Assembly (NCBI GenBank): GCA_946965045.2
Contig: OX337228.1
Coordinates: 2,356,001 to 2,420,000 of the forward strand
DNA: 64,000 nucleotides
From: Epithemia pelagica
Taxonomy: Eukaryota; Protista; Bacillariophyta
Reading direction: 5' to 3'
Below are positions 54,730 through 64,000 of this stretch, one piece after another. Every line of letters begins with the position of its first letter. Position 1 is the first letter of the stretch. The position numbers were made by a program, and so were the translations under genes. The notes under the pieces were generated by a model. That model had not been told where the DNA came from and made no database searches. It worked only from the letters and a program-made list of their open reading frames with translations.

Positions 54730-55245
54730 TCAATGGGTAGATGTTGTTGTGCGTCTTTGGCCTGACTGCTCCCTGTTGGACCTGTTCCGACGGTGGGACG
54801 AAGTTACCTCCGCAGAAGCATCAACTCGTTCTTCTTCTGACCGGGATGACGACCCAGACTGCATGCAGGCAAATTGCTCCATGACATCTGCAGACACTTT
54901 ACAAAGAAACACTCCATTGCCGTTTTCGTGCCAGTCGTCGTCGTCATCATCATCATCGTCGTCCATGTCGGAAAGAAATTCGGTATCACTGTCTGTCATT
55001 CCTCCTTCCAGTATCCGTTGCTCTCGCCAAGCAAGGATCTCGCTCTTGAGGGCATGATTAGACACAAGTTGAGTAATATCCATTTGTTCTCGTGTCAGTG
55101 GAGACGTGTTGTGGATCGTCAACCATGTTAAAATGGCGGATTTCTCATAGGAATGGCCTTCTCTGGTCATTAGAGGGTCTTCCATAATGTTCAAGGTGAG
55201 CGGACAGAAGAACTTGGCGGGAATCTTTTCTTTGGACGAACTCAT
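54730..55245 (-). CDS. U-box domain protein (E3 ligase-like)
   Basis: IPAKFFCPLTLNIMEDPLMTREGHSYEKSAILTWL...SPLTRE...LVSNHALKSEILAW. Confidence 0.88.
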   Translation of the reverse strand: MSSSKEKIPAKFFCPLTLNIMEDPLMTREGHSYEKSAILTWLTIHNTSPLTREQMDITQLVSNHALKSEILAWREQRILEGGMTDSDTEFLSDMDDDDDDDDDDWHENGNGVFLCKVSADVMEQFACMQSGSSSRSEEERVDASAEVTSSHRRNRSNREQSGQRRTTTSTH

Positions 55246-56315
55246 GCTGCAATGAACACTGGTCGACTTCGATGTCGTTGGAAACTATGCTACCTTTCGA
55301 AACCCTCACCGACAAACTTGAATTCTCATTTGTACGCCCATCTGAAATCTCTGAAATATCGACAATCGATGCCACATCCGCCCACCGACCGGAAGATCCA
55401 AGAATTCCTGATCGGCATTGGCACTTTGTATACAGGCTTGGTTGAAGGAGTTCCACGTTTCGGTCGCTTGCACGTGGAAAGCGTTGCGACGTCAGATTGT
55501 TTTTGATCCGCTTTGTTATTTTGGGATCTCCCACGATGGGGATTTCTTTTGAGCGACTGAAAGAAGTTTTGGGGGGTGTTGGGGGCTCATGACTGATGAT
55601 GTCTTGGTATCTGAAATGGCGTGACGTTTTCCATCCCATTGCTCTGCGGCTCTGAAAAAAGATGGCATCCGATGATGTTGACATGAAAAGGTGAGAAATC
55701 ATGTGTCTTGTGTTAAGCCATTGTCCTGCAGGATACCGGGGCTGTTCGCTTTGGGGTCCCTAGAAAACAAGCTCATTCTACCATCTTCTTGCCCCTGCAG
55801 AGTTGCTCGCTGGCAATCTTGCGAACCATTGACAGTCCAATAGATCTTGCGACATTTCAAGTGCCGTCCTAGTTCTGCCGCACATGACGTTGACAACCTC
55901 TTCAGTGCGTTTTTGACCGTGCTGGCCAACAAAAGCATGCGATTTAGTATTATCCGATAAACAGGGGACAGATTCTGTTGACTGAAACTTCCTGGACAAA
56001 AGTGGTTTCCCACTTGCACTACAGAACACAGAACACCATAAGTAACTAGGATGCACGAATCGTTTGTCACAATACAGGATACGATGCAGGAAACTTTTCT
56101 GCATCTCTAATTCGGTCTTTTTGTAACCCAGAGAGACGCTAGAACAATACATGTTGCCTTAAACCGATTCGGATTGAGGCCAGAGTCCTATTGGCCAGAG
56201 GGAACCGTTTAGAACAACGGGTTTGGGAGGGAGCATAGAAGTCAACGTGGCGAATCCTTTTCTCGTGAAAGTAGACTCTACCCAGAAAAGTGGGCCTTGA
56301 ACTCAACAGTCAGTC

Positions 56316-57686
56316 TCACTGCAACCCATCGCTCTTCTGAACAACGAAAGAAGGAGGTTTCAGAGAAGCGATTTCCTGTTCCGATATGATACCTACATCC
56401 GTTGGCTTCGAAGTCCAGTTTTTGGATCGTTGTGCCAGGTGTTGCGTTTCGGGTTCCTCAAATCTATCGTACTGGTCGAACGTGACTTTTCCTCGACGTG
56501 CGATCCTTCCCTTTCTCTTGATCGTCACTAATCGCTCCGTCCATTTCTGTCCATGTCGATGTTTGATCCATCTCTCGTATTCATCATTTAATGATGTAGT
56601 ACTTTCTGGAGGTATCCTCTGTAATGAAGTATACATCAGAAAGTTTGTGGTTGGTAAGATCTCATGCACGCCACGGGTGTACCTTGCGTTGTCGGCATGA
56701 CATCCCGACTTTTCTTGAGTGACCATCCCCCATCCATCGCGCCGTAGGCAATTGATGGCCTTTGCGGCCATGATTACATCGTTTTCCGTGGCCAATCCCA
56801 ATGATTTTTGAAAGTGCAGTTCGAGTAGTATCTGGTCCACCAATCGACTGCTCCGATCTTCATTGCAAGCCAGCTGATGTAGGACTCCCCACTCACAACC
56901 CTCACAATCAAGCATTAAGACGTCAATTGTTCGTTCCCCGTGCCCCAAGCGTTTCATAATATTGGTGAGTGTGAGAAGACGGGATGGATCAATAGCCTTG
57001 TACTCTGCTGCGTTGGTAGTCTTGTTGGTTCCCTCTCCTTGTAGTCCCAACTGGTGGAACGTTAGCTGAGATGTATTTTTATGGAATGTAGTAGGATCGA
57101 AGGCATGTACTTCACAATCGAAATAGCGAGCGATTTTGCGCTCCCATTCGATGCTACGTTCAATACCAAACGAATATACCAGACATTTTGTCGGTTGCTC
57201 ATCAGAGTCGGGTTGGGAAGAGGATTTGAGTTCTTCACTACGAGCTTGCAGATCTCCCGTACAAAACGACATTTCCTCCCATACTTTTCTTCTCTGAATT
57301 TTCTTGGGAACCCCGTGTCTACATCTCCACCGAGGAAAACATTTTGACGTAATAAAGCAGCTCAATGTATTCAATGCGGATTGGAAAAGTAGTTCCTTGT
57401 CATACCCTCGGGGCAATGTATGATTGTCATCACGTGGACTTGATCGGAGTTCCTTCCATTGTGTGATATCCAGGGAAGGAGGGATGCCATAAGCTTGCTC
57501 CGTTCTTCTTCGAAAGGAGTCCAACTGAAGCATGACGTAGCATCCAAACCCAGCGAAAGCGAAGAGGATAAGTGAGGGAAAAGAATGCAAGGCCGAACCT
57601 CTTTTCCTCCTTGCTTGACTTCCGTTGTGCCTATGAGTGGGGCTTCCAACTGTGGAGGAACCATGCGATGCGATGGATCGTTTCAT
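56316..57686 (-). CDS. Type II membrane methyltransferase (Methyltransf_22 / METTL24-like)
   Basis: TM helix, then CLVYSFGI, CEVHAFDP, IDVLMLDCEGCEW, QILLELH. First ATG at 57686. Confidence 0.8.
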   Translation of the reverse strand: MKRSIASHGSSTVGSPTHRHNGSQARRKRGSALHSFPSLILFAFAGFGCYVMLQLDSFRRRTEQAYGIPPSLDITQWKELRSSPRDDNHTLPRGYDKELLFQSALNTLSCFITSKCFPRWRCRHGVPKKIQRRKVWEEMSFCTGDLQARSEELKSSSQPDSDEQPTKCLVYSFGIERSIEWERKIARYFDCEVHAFDPTTFHKNTSQLTFHQLGLQGEGTNKTTNAAEYKAIDPSRLLTLTNIMKRLGHGERTIDVLMLDCEGCEWGVLHQLACNEDRSSRLVDQILLELHFQKSLGLATENDVIMAAKAINCLRRDGWGMVTQEKSGCHADNARYTRGVHEILPTTNFLMYTSLQRIPPESTTSLNDEYERWIKHRHGQKWTERLVTIKRKGRIARRGKVTFDQYDRFEEPETQHLAQRSKNWTSKPTDVGIISEQEIASLKPPSFVVQKSDGLQ

Positions 57687-57976
57687 TGCGTAGAGTCTCA
57701 CCTTGTCGAAAAGTGTGCCGTCGTGTTTAGAACTTCTGACTTCTTCTGAGGCCGCAAAGAAGCAAAAATGATTTTGTGAGAGCGTTGTGTGCGCAAATTT
57801 GCCGGAGTGGCATGCTCTCTCTTTTATTATGCCCTTTGCACGCCGCACAAGCAAGCAGAGACTCTCCACATGTTTTCCGCTTCCCACTTTTTGAAGTTAC
57901 CCCAGACTTGAGACATAAACCTGCACCGTACTCGCAGTCGGGAAGAACGGTATACACCAACCCGAGGGAAGCAAAG

Positions 57977-58393
57977 ATGAGCAACGTTCAACAGCTTAGA
58001 TCATCGAGATTGAGAGAGGATTATCGCGATTGCGAGCGGTACGGCCATTCCGAAACCAGCGGCTTTGGTCTTGTCGATACCCATGGTGAAGCAAAACTGA
58101 CAGGGAAGGAGGGGAAGACAAGAGATTACAAAGGAAAGTACGCTGATTTGATGAAATCAGTTTCTAAATCGATGCTCCTGATGAATCGTCATCGCGACTG
58201 CTTATTTACTCTTCGTATGAAGAATGCGATCCTGTTGGATCGACTGACCATGATTTTGGACTACGACGACGACGATGATGATGATGTGGTTGTGGTGGAT
58301 GAGGAGGAAGAGGAAGATGGGCAAGAAGGACAAGAAGAAGGAAAGGAGAACAGAGGCGAGCCGGATTTATCGACTTCACGTGTGACCCCGTAA
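57977..58393 (+). CDS. Small coiled-coil protein, INO80E/TFPT-like
   Basis: DYKGKYADL...LRMKNAILLDRL followed by an acidic tail, resembling the INO80E/TFPT KY..L....LLDRL pattern. Confidence 0.5.
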   Translation: MSNVQQLRSSRLREDYRDCERYGHSETSGFGLVDTHGEAKLTGKEGKTRDYKGKYADLMKSVSKSMLLMNRHRDCLFTLRMKNAILLDRLTMILDYDDDDDDDVVVVDEEEEEDGQEGQEEGKENRGEPDLSTSRVTP

Positions 58394-58802
58394 ATGTTTA
58401 TTTCTTCGGAAGCATCTGTCTCTCAGTCTTTGTGCCCAAGCGGACGCAAGATGACTTTTGGTCTGGTCGGCGATGAGGAGTCGGTGAGTGGCTTACCATG
58501 CACATGTGGGGAGTGGGGAACGAAATATATAGGGGAAAATAAGATGGCAAGAACATGGCCACCAATTTCATCACCAACTAGATATCTGTAAGCACAAATA
58601 AAGACCAAATTGATGCCATAACATGATGCATTATTGATAGCCTCTGAATCCAACAATAAATGGATTCATCGTTTGTCGCGCCAGAATCATCATATGAATA
58701 TAAGCATAGCAAAAGGCCAAGCGTCCTTAAACGAACAGAGCCATTTCGTTGAGCGAATACCAAAAGTTTAGCGAATCGAAGTTCGACTTCCGTCAAAACA
58801 TT

Positions 58803-60269
58803 TCAGTCCAGATCTCCGTCGGGATCATCATCTTGTACAGAGTGTCTCGGACGCTCTAGTAGGCGTTGGGCAATGCCATTCACATGCAACAGGCCCAATA
58901 CGGCCACCACTCGCCCTCCTCCATTTTCTTTGAGACTATTACTTTGTGACCCGTTGTTTGATCCTCGCGTTGCAAGTCGACATGCCGATTGAATGCCCCG
59001 AGCCATTACATCGTCGCGCTCTCGCAGGACAACACGGACCGCTGGGAGGACAAGGGACATGTACGTCATCGTCAAAAGCAGAAGTGACGAGAAATGAACC
59101 ATGATTGATTGTATAGAAAACTGTGAAATCATTGGTTCCTGATCCACTGGAGATGTACCATAAGAGTTCGTCCAGTCCAACAGAAATTGATGAGGATGTT
59201 GTAAAAAATTAAGCCCCAAGTTTGTGACCAAAACAAGAGCCTGAAGGCCTAACAAGCCTAACGTGGGCGGAACCAAAAGCCGCAACATATCACGGATCGC
59301 TTCGTCGCTTCGAGAAACAAATCCCAAAAGCGACACAAGTTCTCGATCCGTGTCGTCAATTCTTAATCCGACAGCTTGGCCCAATGCTGATGCTTCCACA
59401 CCAAACGTCTCCTCCCATGAACGACCGCGGAATAAAACATCTCCCCACATCTCCATAGCCACTCTCGGTAATTTCCCAATCTCTTCCAAGGTTTCGTCAA
59501 CGTTTTGATCTACCAAGACGATATCAAATATTTTCTCGTCGCCTCTCCCACTAGATGGATAATCGGTGGGCGCAGCATCCATTGTGTACGTTAAGGCAGT
59601 TCGAAATTCCAAGCCGGGTTGAAGACCTGACAATCCGGTTTGTATGCCAGAGATGCCGCCCAACAATCCAGCCACCAAGCCAGTTGACCATCCTCTCTGT
59701 GCGGCAGTGTCTCGGACCATCTTTAAAAATCGAACAGCCCATGGCTTGGACGCTGACGGCAGAGTCGATGGACTCTTTTCTTTCGCACGTTCCCTGAGTA
59801 TATCCCGTCGCAAATCGGCAAACCGTGTGGCACATAACTCCAGAGCAACCACAGTATTGCTAGGCCCAGACGAATCTCCATGCTGATCAGGTTGTGAGAG
59901 ACACTTAATGACATCAGTGGCAGAAGATTGAGATCCATGGAAACATCCCAGAAGTATTACTTCACAGTTGGTTTCTGGGTCGACAAATTCGACAGTGCAG
60001 CCAGACGGATACGAAGACACAGATGAAACTGGCTCCTTCAGTGGTTCGTCTTGATATGACACACTGGCTTTCAGTTTAGTTGAGGTCGGGATCCATCTAT
60101 TGATCCAATCGATACCTCTTGAGAGATGTAGAGACGTCGAATGAGGACCAGTAGCTCGGCAATGATTGAAAGGGCCAAGGCCAATCTTGATGAAGTGAGT
60201 TCCCAAACCAAAACCAACAGGTAGCAACACCATCAACAAGGCAATCAAGAGCCCTATTCTGCATCCCAT
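58803..60269 (-). CDS. TraB/PrgY/GumN-family protein with N-terminal signal peptide (possibly plastid-targeted)
   Basis: VILLGCFHGS, VVALELCATR, GLEFRTA, LVDQNVDETL, RERDDVMA, VVAVLGLLHVNGI; hydrophobic N-terminus. Confidence 0.8.
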   Translation of the reverse strand: MGCRIGLLIALLMVLLPVGFGLGTHFIKIGLGPFNHCRATGPHSTSLHLSRGIDWINRWIPTSTKLKASVSYQDEPLKEPVSSVSSYPSGCTVEFVDPETNCEVILLGCFHGSQSSATDVIKCLSQPDQHGDSSGPSNTVVALELCATRFADLRRDILRERAKEKSPSTLPSASKPWAVRFLKMVRDTAAQRGWSTGLVAGLLGGISGIQTGLSGLQPGLEFRTALTYTMDAAPTDYPSSGRGDEKIFDIVLVDQNVDETLEEIGKLPRVAMEMWGDVLFRGRSWEETFGVEASALGQAVGLRIDDTDRELVSLLGFVSRSDEAIRDMLRLLVPPTLGLLGLQALVLVTNLGLNFLQHPHQFLLDWTNSYGTSPVDQEPMISQFSIQSIMVHFSSLLLLTMTYMSLVLPAVRVVLRERDDVMARGIQSACRLATRGSNNGSQSNSLKENGGGRVVAVLGLLHVNGIAQRLLERPRHSVQDDDPDGDLD

Positions 60270-60646
60270 GGCCCTTTTTTCAGTATATGTACTCAGCTCA
60301 GGTGGGAAATGTCTTGTAACTTACAATAGCTCCTCTCTTGGTTGGCGAAAGGTCTCTCCCAAGGAATTTCTGAGACTTCAAGTATCGGCACCATTCCCGG
60401 CGTTCGGCGTTCGCGCGGTGCGAAAGGGTGTTCGGCGGTGCTGAGCGAACAGCGAGAACAGCGAACAAAGCTATGCATACTACCACTCTAGTAGGACGAC
60501 GCGCCCTAGCCCTAACCCCCCACCGAAAAGTGTTCGAATTCGATAACAGAAAGACGACTACCGTTGTCTCAGATTTCAACTATTGACAGGTAGGTTTACA
60601 GTCTGGCTATGATTATTGGGGAGAAGCAGCACGAAAGGGTGTAGAC

Positions 60647-62596
60647 TCACTGGTTCCATCTTCCTTGGTTTAAGTCCACACCTGTTTCTTCCCCCGCCTT
60701 GTTCAAAATCGCATCGGCATCCAAACGGAATTCCCCAAAATGGAGAGTGGGACGGGCTTTCGGCAATTTCGAAACCCAATCCCGAATTATTTCCATATCT
60801 GCTTCATACTGCCTCTGTTGCGAGGCACGTAATCGCTCCAACTTGGTCACCGGCTCTGACGTGGACAGAAGACTCGTTCCTTTTAGCCTATCGCGCGAAG
60901 CCGCAGCCAATTTCTGCGATTTGGACGCTTGACTTCGTTTTGTAATTTCGGCATCTGTAAAGAAGACTTCCTGTTCATCGTTGCTGCTACCAGCTTGATC
61001 ATTAGTTGGGTTTTGCACATGCTTCGATTTCTTTTTGGAATTCGAGCCACCAGACGTCTCAGTAGCAGACGGAATTGTCCGGGCAGGAGGTGCAGTGGCC
61101 GCAGTCAAAACCACATCACCCCAGGGAGTCGTGCCATCATCTGCGAAGAAGGGCCGCAGTTCGTCATCTTCAGCCCCTTCCCGTCGAAACAGAGGCTGAA
61201 GTTTACTAGTCGATGGTGCCGGTGGAAGGGTATTGCCACTGTTCAAGAAAGAACCTCCCACCACGTGAAAGGCATGAGGATCTTGTCCACCAAAAAAGCC
61301 TTGTTCGGCAAATTGGTGCGGGTTACCATCATAGTCGATCTTACGTCCTAATAGCTTTTCATTGGCATAAAACATATCTTCTTCGGACCAGCCGGCTGCC
61401 GTACTGGACGCGCCTTGGTCCAAGAGTCCACTCTCGACCAAAGCATCTCGTTCGGCCTTCGACCGTGGACGTGAGCCATGGCGAGAACTTGGACGTGATC
61501 CTGGACGAGACCCAGGACGTGATCCTGGGCGCGACGATCCCGGGGTACTCTGGCCTCCACCACGACGAGGCGTCTCATATGGAGAGTTCTTATGGCTGCT
61601 ACTGTCTCGTTCCTTGTTGTTCCGTGGTTTGCTGTTTGGACGGTGTTGCTCTTTCTTGGCGGACGATTTATTTTTCTTCTTCTTTCCCGACCCACCCGTA
61701 GAAGTACGCTTCTTGTACTTTTTGATCCAACGCTTCAGTTGACTCATAAATGGACCCACAGCATAGTGTGGTTTGGGTAGATTGTCCAAGGGATACCAGT
61801 CAATTTTTGAGACTTCCTTACGACACACTGGCTCGAATGGGAAGTCTTCCGGCACTCCACAACAAACATAGCATGTACGGCGTTTTCCTCCATCAGCTTC
61901 TTGGTAGGATAGTGCATCTTGTTCTTGCAACGGAAAATTCCAAGGTACCTTGTCCCCTGAAGTGGTGGCCAACATGAGCATTTCTCGTGTTTTTCCAAGC
62001 TTACAGTGAGGATCGAATCCAGTTTCTTCGTACGTTTCTCGAGTGGCGGCATCGACTCCAGACTCGCCTTGATTGATTTTTCCGGAGGGAAAAGTGTGGG
62101 ATTTGCCATTCCACACTTGACAGAGCACGAGTTTGGTACAGTCTCGGTTCAGCAAGATGCATCCGAAATTGGAGATCTTTCGCTTGTATTGAACAAATTC
62201 ATTCCATAAGCTGGAAAACTCTTTGATATCGGGAAGCAACGGAGAATACTCAAACATTTTCATGGCAAAGGGCTTCAAATGATTGAATCGAGGCAAGTTC
62301 AAAATTGCATCCTCGGCAGCCGCAGCGGCAGGATCACATATCCAATCTTCATAAAACCACCAAGCCTGTTCTAGTTGGAAAAATATCTTTTCGGGTGTCT
62401 CCAGTTCCGTCGCGGGGTTTAGATTTAAAAGAAATCGAGTATGGACATCTTCTAACGCATCCAGGAATTCTTGGTTGGCATTGTTGTCCGTGTCGCTCAT
62501 GTCTCCGCCATGGTCTGTACCCGAGTTCTCCGTTCCAAGGCTAACATCGCTTTTGTGGTCCTGGATTTGCTTATCCAACAATGCCATGGCAGACAT
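60647..62596 (-). CDS. DCP2: mRNA-decapping enzyme DCP2
   Basis: Box A (LEDVHTRFLLN...FFQLEQAWWFYED) plus Nudix box (FPSGKINQGESGVDAATRETYEETG). Confidence 0.95.
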   Translation of the reverse strand: MSAMALLDKQIQDHKSDVSLGTENSGTDHGGDMSDTDNNANQEFLDALEDVHTRFLLNLNPATELETPEKIFFQLEQAWWFYEDWICDPAAAAAEDAILNLPRFNHLKPFAMKMFEYSPLLPDIKEFSSLWNEFVQYKRKISNFGCILLNRDCTKLVLCQVWNGKSHTFPSGKINQGESGVDAATRETYEETGFDPHCKLGKTREMLMLATTSGDKVPWNFPLQEQDALSYQEADGGKRRTCYVCCGVPEDFPFEPVCRKEVSKIDWYPLDNLPKPHYAVGPFMSQLKRWIKKYKKRTSTGGSGKKKKNKSSAKKEQHRPNSKPRNNKERDSSSHKNSPYETPRRGGGQSTPGSSRPGSRPGSRPGSRPSSRHGSRPRSKAERDALVESGLLDQGASSTAAGWSEEDMFYANEKLLGRKIDYDGNPHQFAEQGFFGGQDPHAFHVVGGSFLNSGNTLPPAPSTSKLQPLFRREGAEDDELRPFFADDGTTPWGDVVLTAATAPPARTIPSATETSGGSNSKKKSKHVQNPTNDQAGSSNDEQEVFFTDAEITKRSQASKSQKLAAASRDRLKGTSLLSTSEPVTKLERLRASQQRQYEADMEIIRDWVSKLPKARPTLHFGEFRLDADAILNKAGEETGVDLNQGRWNQ

Positions 62597-63382
62597 GGTT
62601 ACTCAGGGTCTTAATCTTCCCACCTTTATCCTTTCGTCGAGGTATTCGACGTCTCTCTTGATTCTTGATCCATGCAAAAATAGGGATAGAATAGTCTATT
62701 GTAGTAGCAGTAGGTATATCTCTATGCTATGGGCATTGGGCGCCATAGACGAAAATCCTGGAGTAGTACACTTTCCGCTAGTGTCCGATTTTTATTCATC
62801 CGTTGGAAATACTCCTCACTTTTATATAAGACTGATAGTACACCTTATCCAATAGTAGTGTACGATTGCTTGTCAGACAGCTCGAAATCGTCCGTCGGTT
62901 CAACCAGATACTCTGCCATGAACTGTACGATTTTTCAGAGTCGCGCACTTTTTTGGGTAGCCGTTGAACATCATTTGGACCTGTCGCGCGGACTTCGATT
63001 GCCTATGTAGCTATAACGTAGGACTGTCACAGGACACCCTAAGTATTGTTCGTCGTGCTCTGGGAGCGCGCCCCACTTCTCCACCTCGCGCATGCAGACG
63101 CAGACATCTCTCAGAAAATGATCGACTTTTCCAAATATGTCACAAACAATGAGCCGAAGTGTGTGCAAGGATGCGTCCAAGAGAGGTGGACGCTTCGTAT
63201 GAACCTATATGAAGCACATCGACCATTCTTTTGTCTTGAGACGACGACTTCTCCCAGATCTTCTTCACTCCGCGTATTCCTGAGTGGCCCATCAGAGTGC
63301 ATTTCTCCTTGATAATCGATGAGACGCGGTTCACGTCCGCATTGAATGAGTTTACAATCGAATAGAGAGAACACTGATAATC

Positions 63383-64000
63383 ATGAGTAGCCGGAACCAA
63401 CATCCGCATTATCTTCCTCCATTGTCACCGAGACAAACTCAACCCAAAAAGCCACGAACAGGAGTTGCAGACTACTTTGCCATATTGGGAGTAGGAGACA
63501 AACTGATCTGGAAGCATACACAAAAACAAAATATCAATGGCGTCAATGTGGGTGAGGAACACGACAAGGACAACGCTGGAAATGAGGGAGGTGACGAAGA
63601 AGATTCTGTCGAATGCGGAGCAAGTCAGGATGAAGCACAGGAACGATTCTTGAGAGAAATTGTGGATGTCGCCATCCTCGCCTTGGATAATTATCCATCT
63701 TCGAGTAACGAAGATTCGCTCCTTCTAGGTACCTCGATGTCAGCTGCATCCGAAATGAGCGGCGGTGGCCTTCACAATCCATCCTTGATTTCCCAAGTCA
63801 CCTCCGCCGACCTATCCGATCAAAACCAATCGCATTTGTCTGCCGTCGTCACGAACAATCAACACTCTGCTATCCCTCATCCTCCACAACAGATTCCTCA
63901 ATCGCCTGTTTGCTCGGATGCCACAGGCACAACAATCACTCGCAATTCTCTACCTCCACCAAGAATTGATAGCACGAAAAGCGCACTTGGTACCGAACAA
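63383..64000 (+). CDS. 5' part of a probable DENN/MABP-domain protein (runs off the window)
   Basis: ATG at 63383 and open for 206 codons to the window end (absent from the ORF track). RTGVADYFAILGVG resembles the N-terminal R.ADYF.V.G motif of uDENN/MABP proteins. Confidence 0.55.
   Translation, partial: MSSRNQHPHYLPPLSPRQTQPKKPRTGVADYFAILGVGDKLIWKHTQKQNINGVNVGEEHDKDNAGNEGGDEEDSVECGASQDEAQERFLREIVDVAILALDNYPSSSNEDSLLLGTSMSAASEMSGGGLHNPSLISQVTSADLSDQNQSHLSAVVTNNQHSAIPHPPQQIPQSPVCSDATGTTITRNSLPPPRIDSTKSALGTEQ

Noticed and set aside
55145-56152. Short ORFs upstream of the U-box gene as a further gene
   Set aside because: No recognisable motifs, and I could not build a convincing splice model.
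62729-63409. Small ORFs between DCP2 and the DENN-like gene
   Set aside because: They overlap each other, are short and lack motifs. The region is more simply a divergent promoter/UTR.

Overview
Gene-dense eukaryotic nuclear DNA that looks like a diatom, probably pennate (short 60-100 nt GT-AG introns, helicase-associated HA-domain gene, diatom-type transposons); the species cannot be named from sequence alone. There are about 25 host protein genes, including RRP41, RPN6, an ENTH protein, a fidgetin-like ATPase, BUD23, a spermidine/thermospermine synthase, QCR9, HADHA, VPS26, MED8, cytoplasmic dynein intermediate chain, a TraB-family protein and DCP2, plus one tRNA-Ala(AGC). The 17.4-33.6 kb segment is a cluster of three mobile elements around BUD23 and the tRNA. 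(1) A full-length, intact 8.3-kb two-ORF non-LTR retrotransposon (APE-RT-RNase H, Ambal-like) has a perfect 20-bp TSD, a predicted 5' pseudoknot and a 3' tail of 32 T, not A, on its sense strand. (2) An 809-bp TTAA-flanked MITE lies 56 bp upstream of the tRNA. (3) A 5.4-kb TIR DNA transposon encodes a Harbinger/ISL2EU-type DDE transposase plus two mutually related accessory proteins with a predicted HSP20/alpha-crystallin-like domain, with a long nested foldback in its internal divergent spacer. Gene models, folds and RNA structures were read by eye and have not been confirmed by database search.
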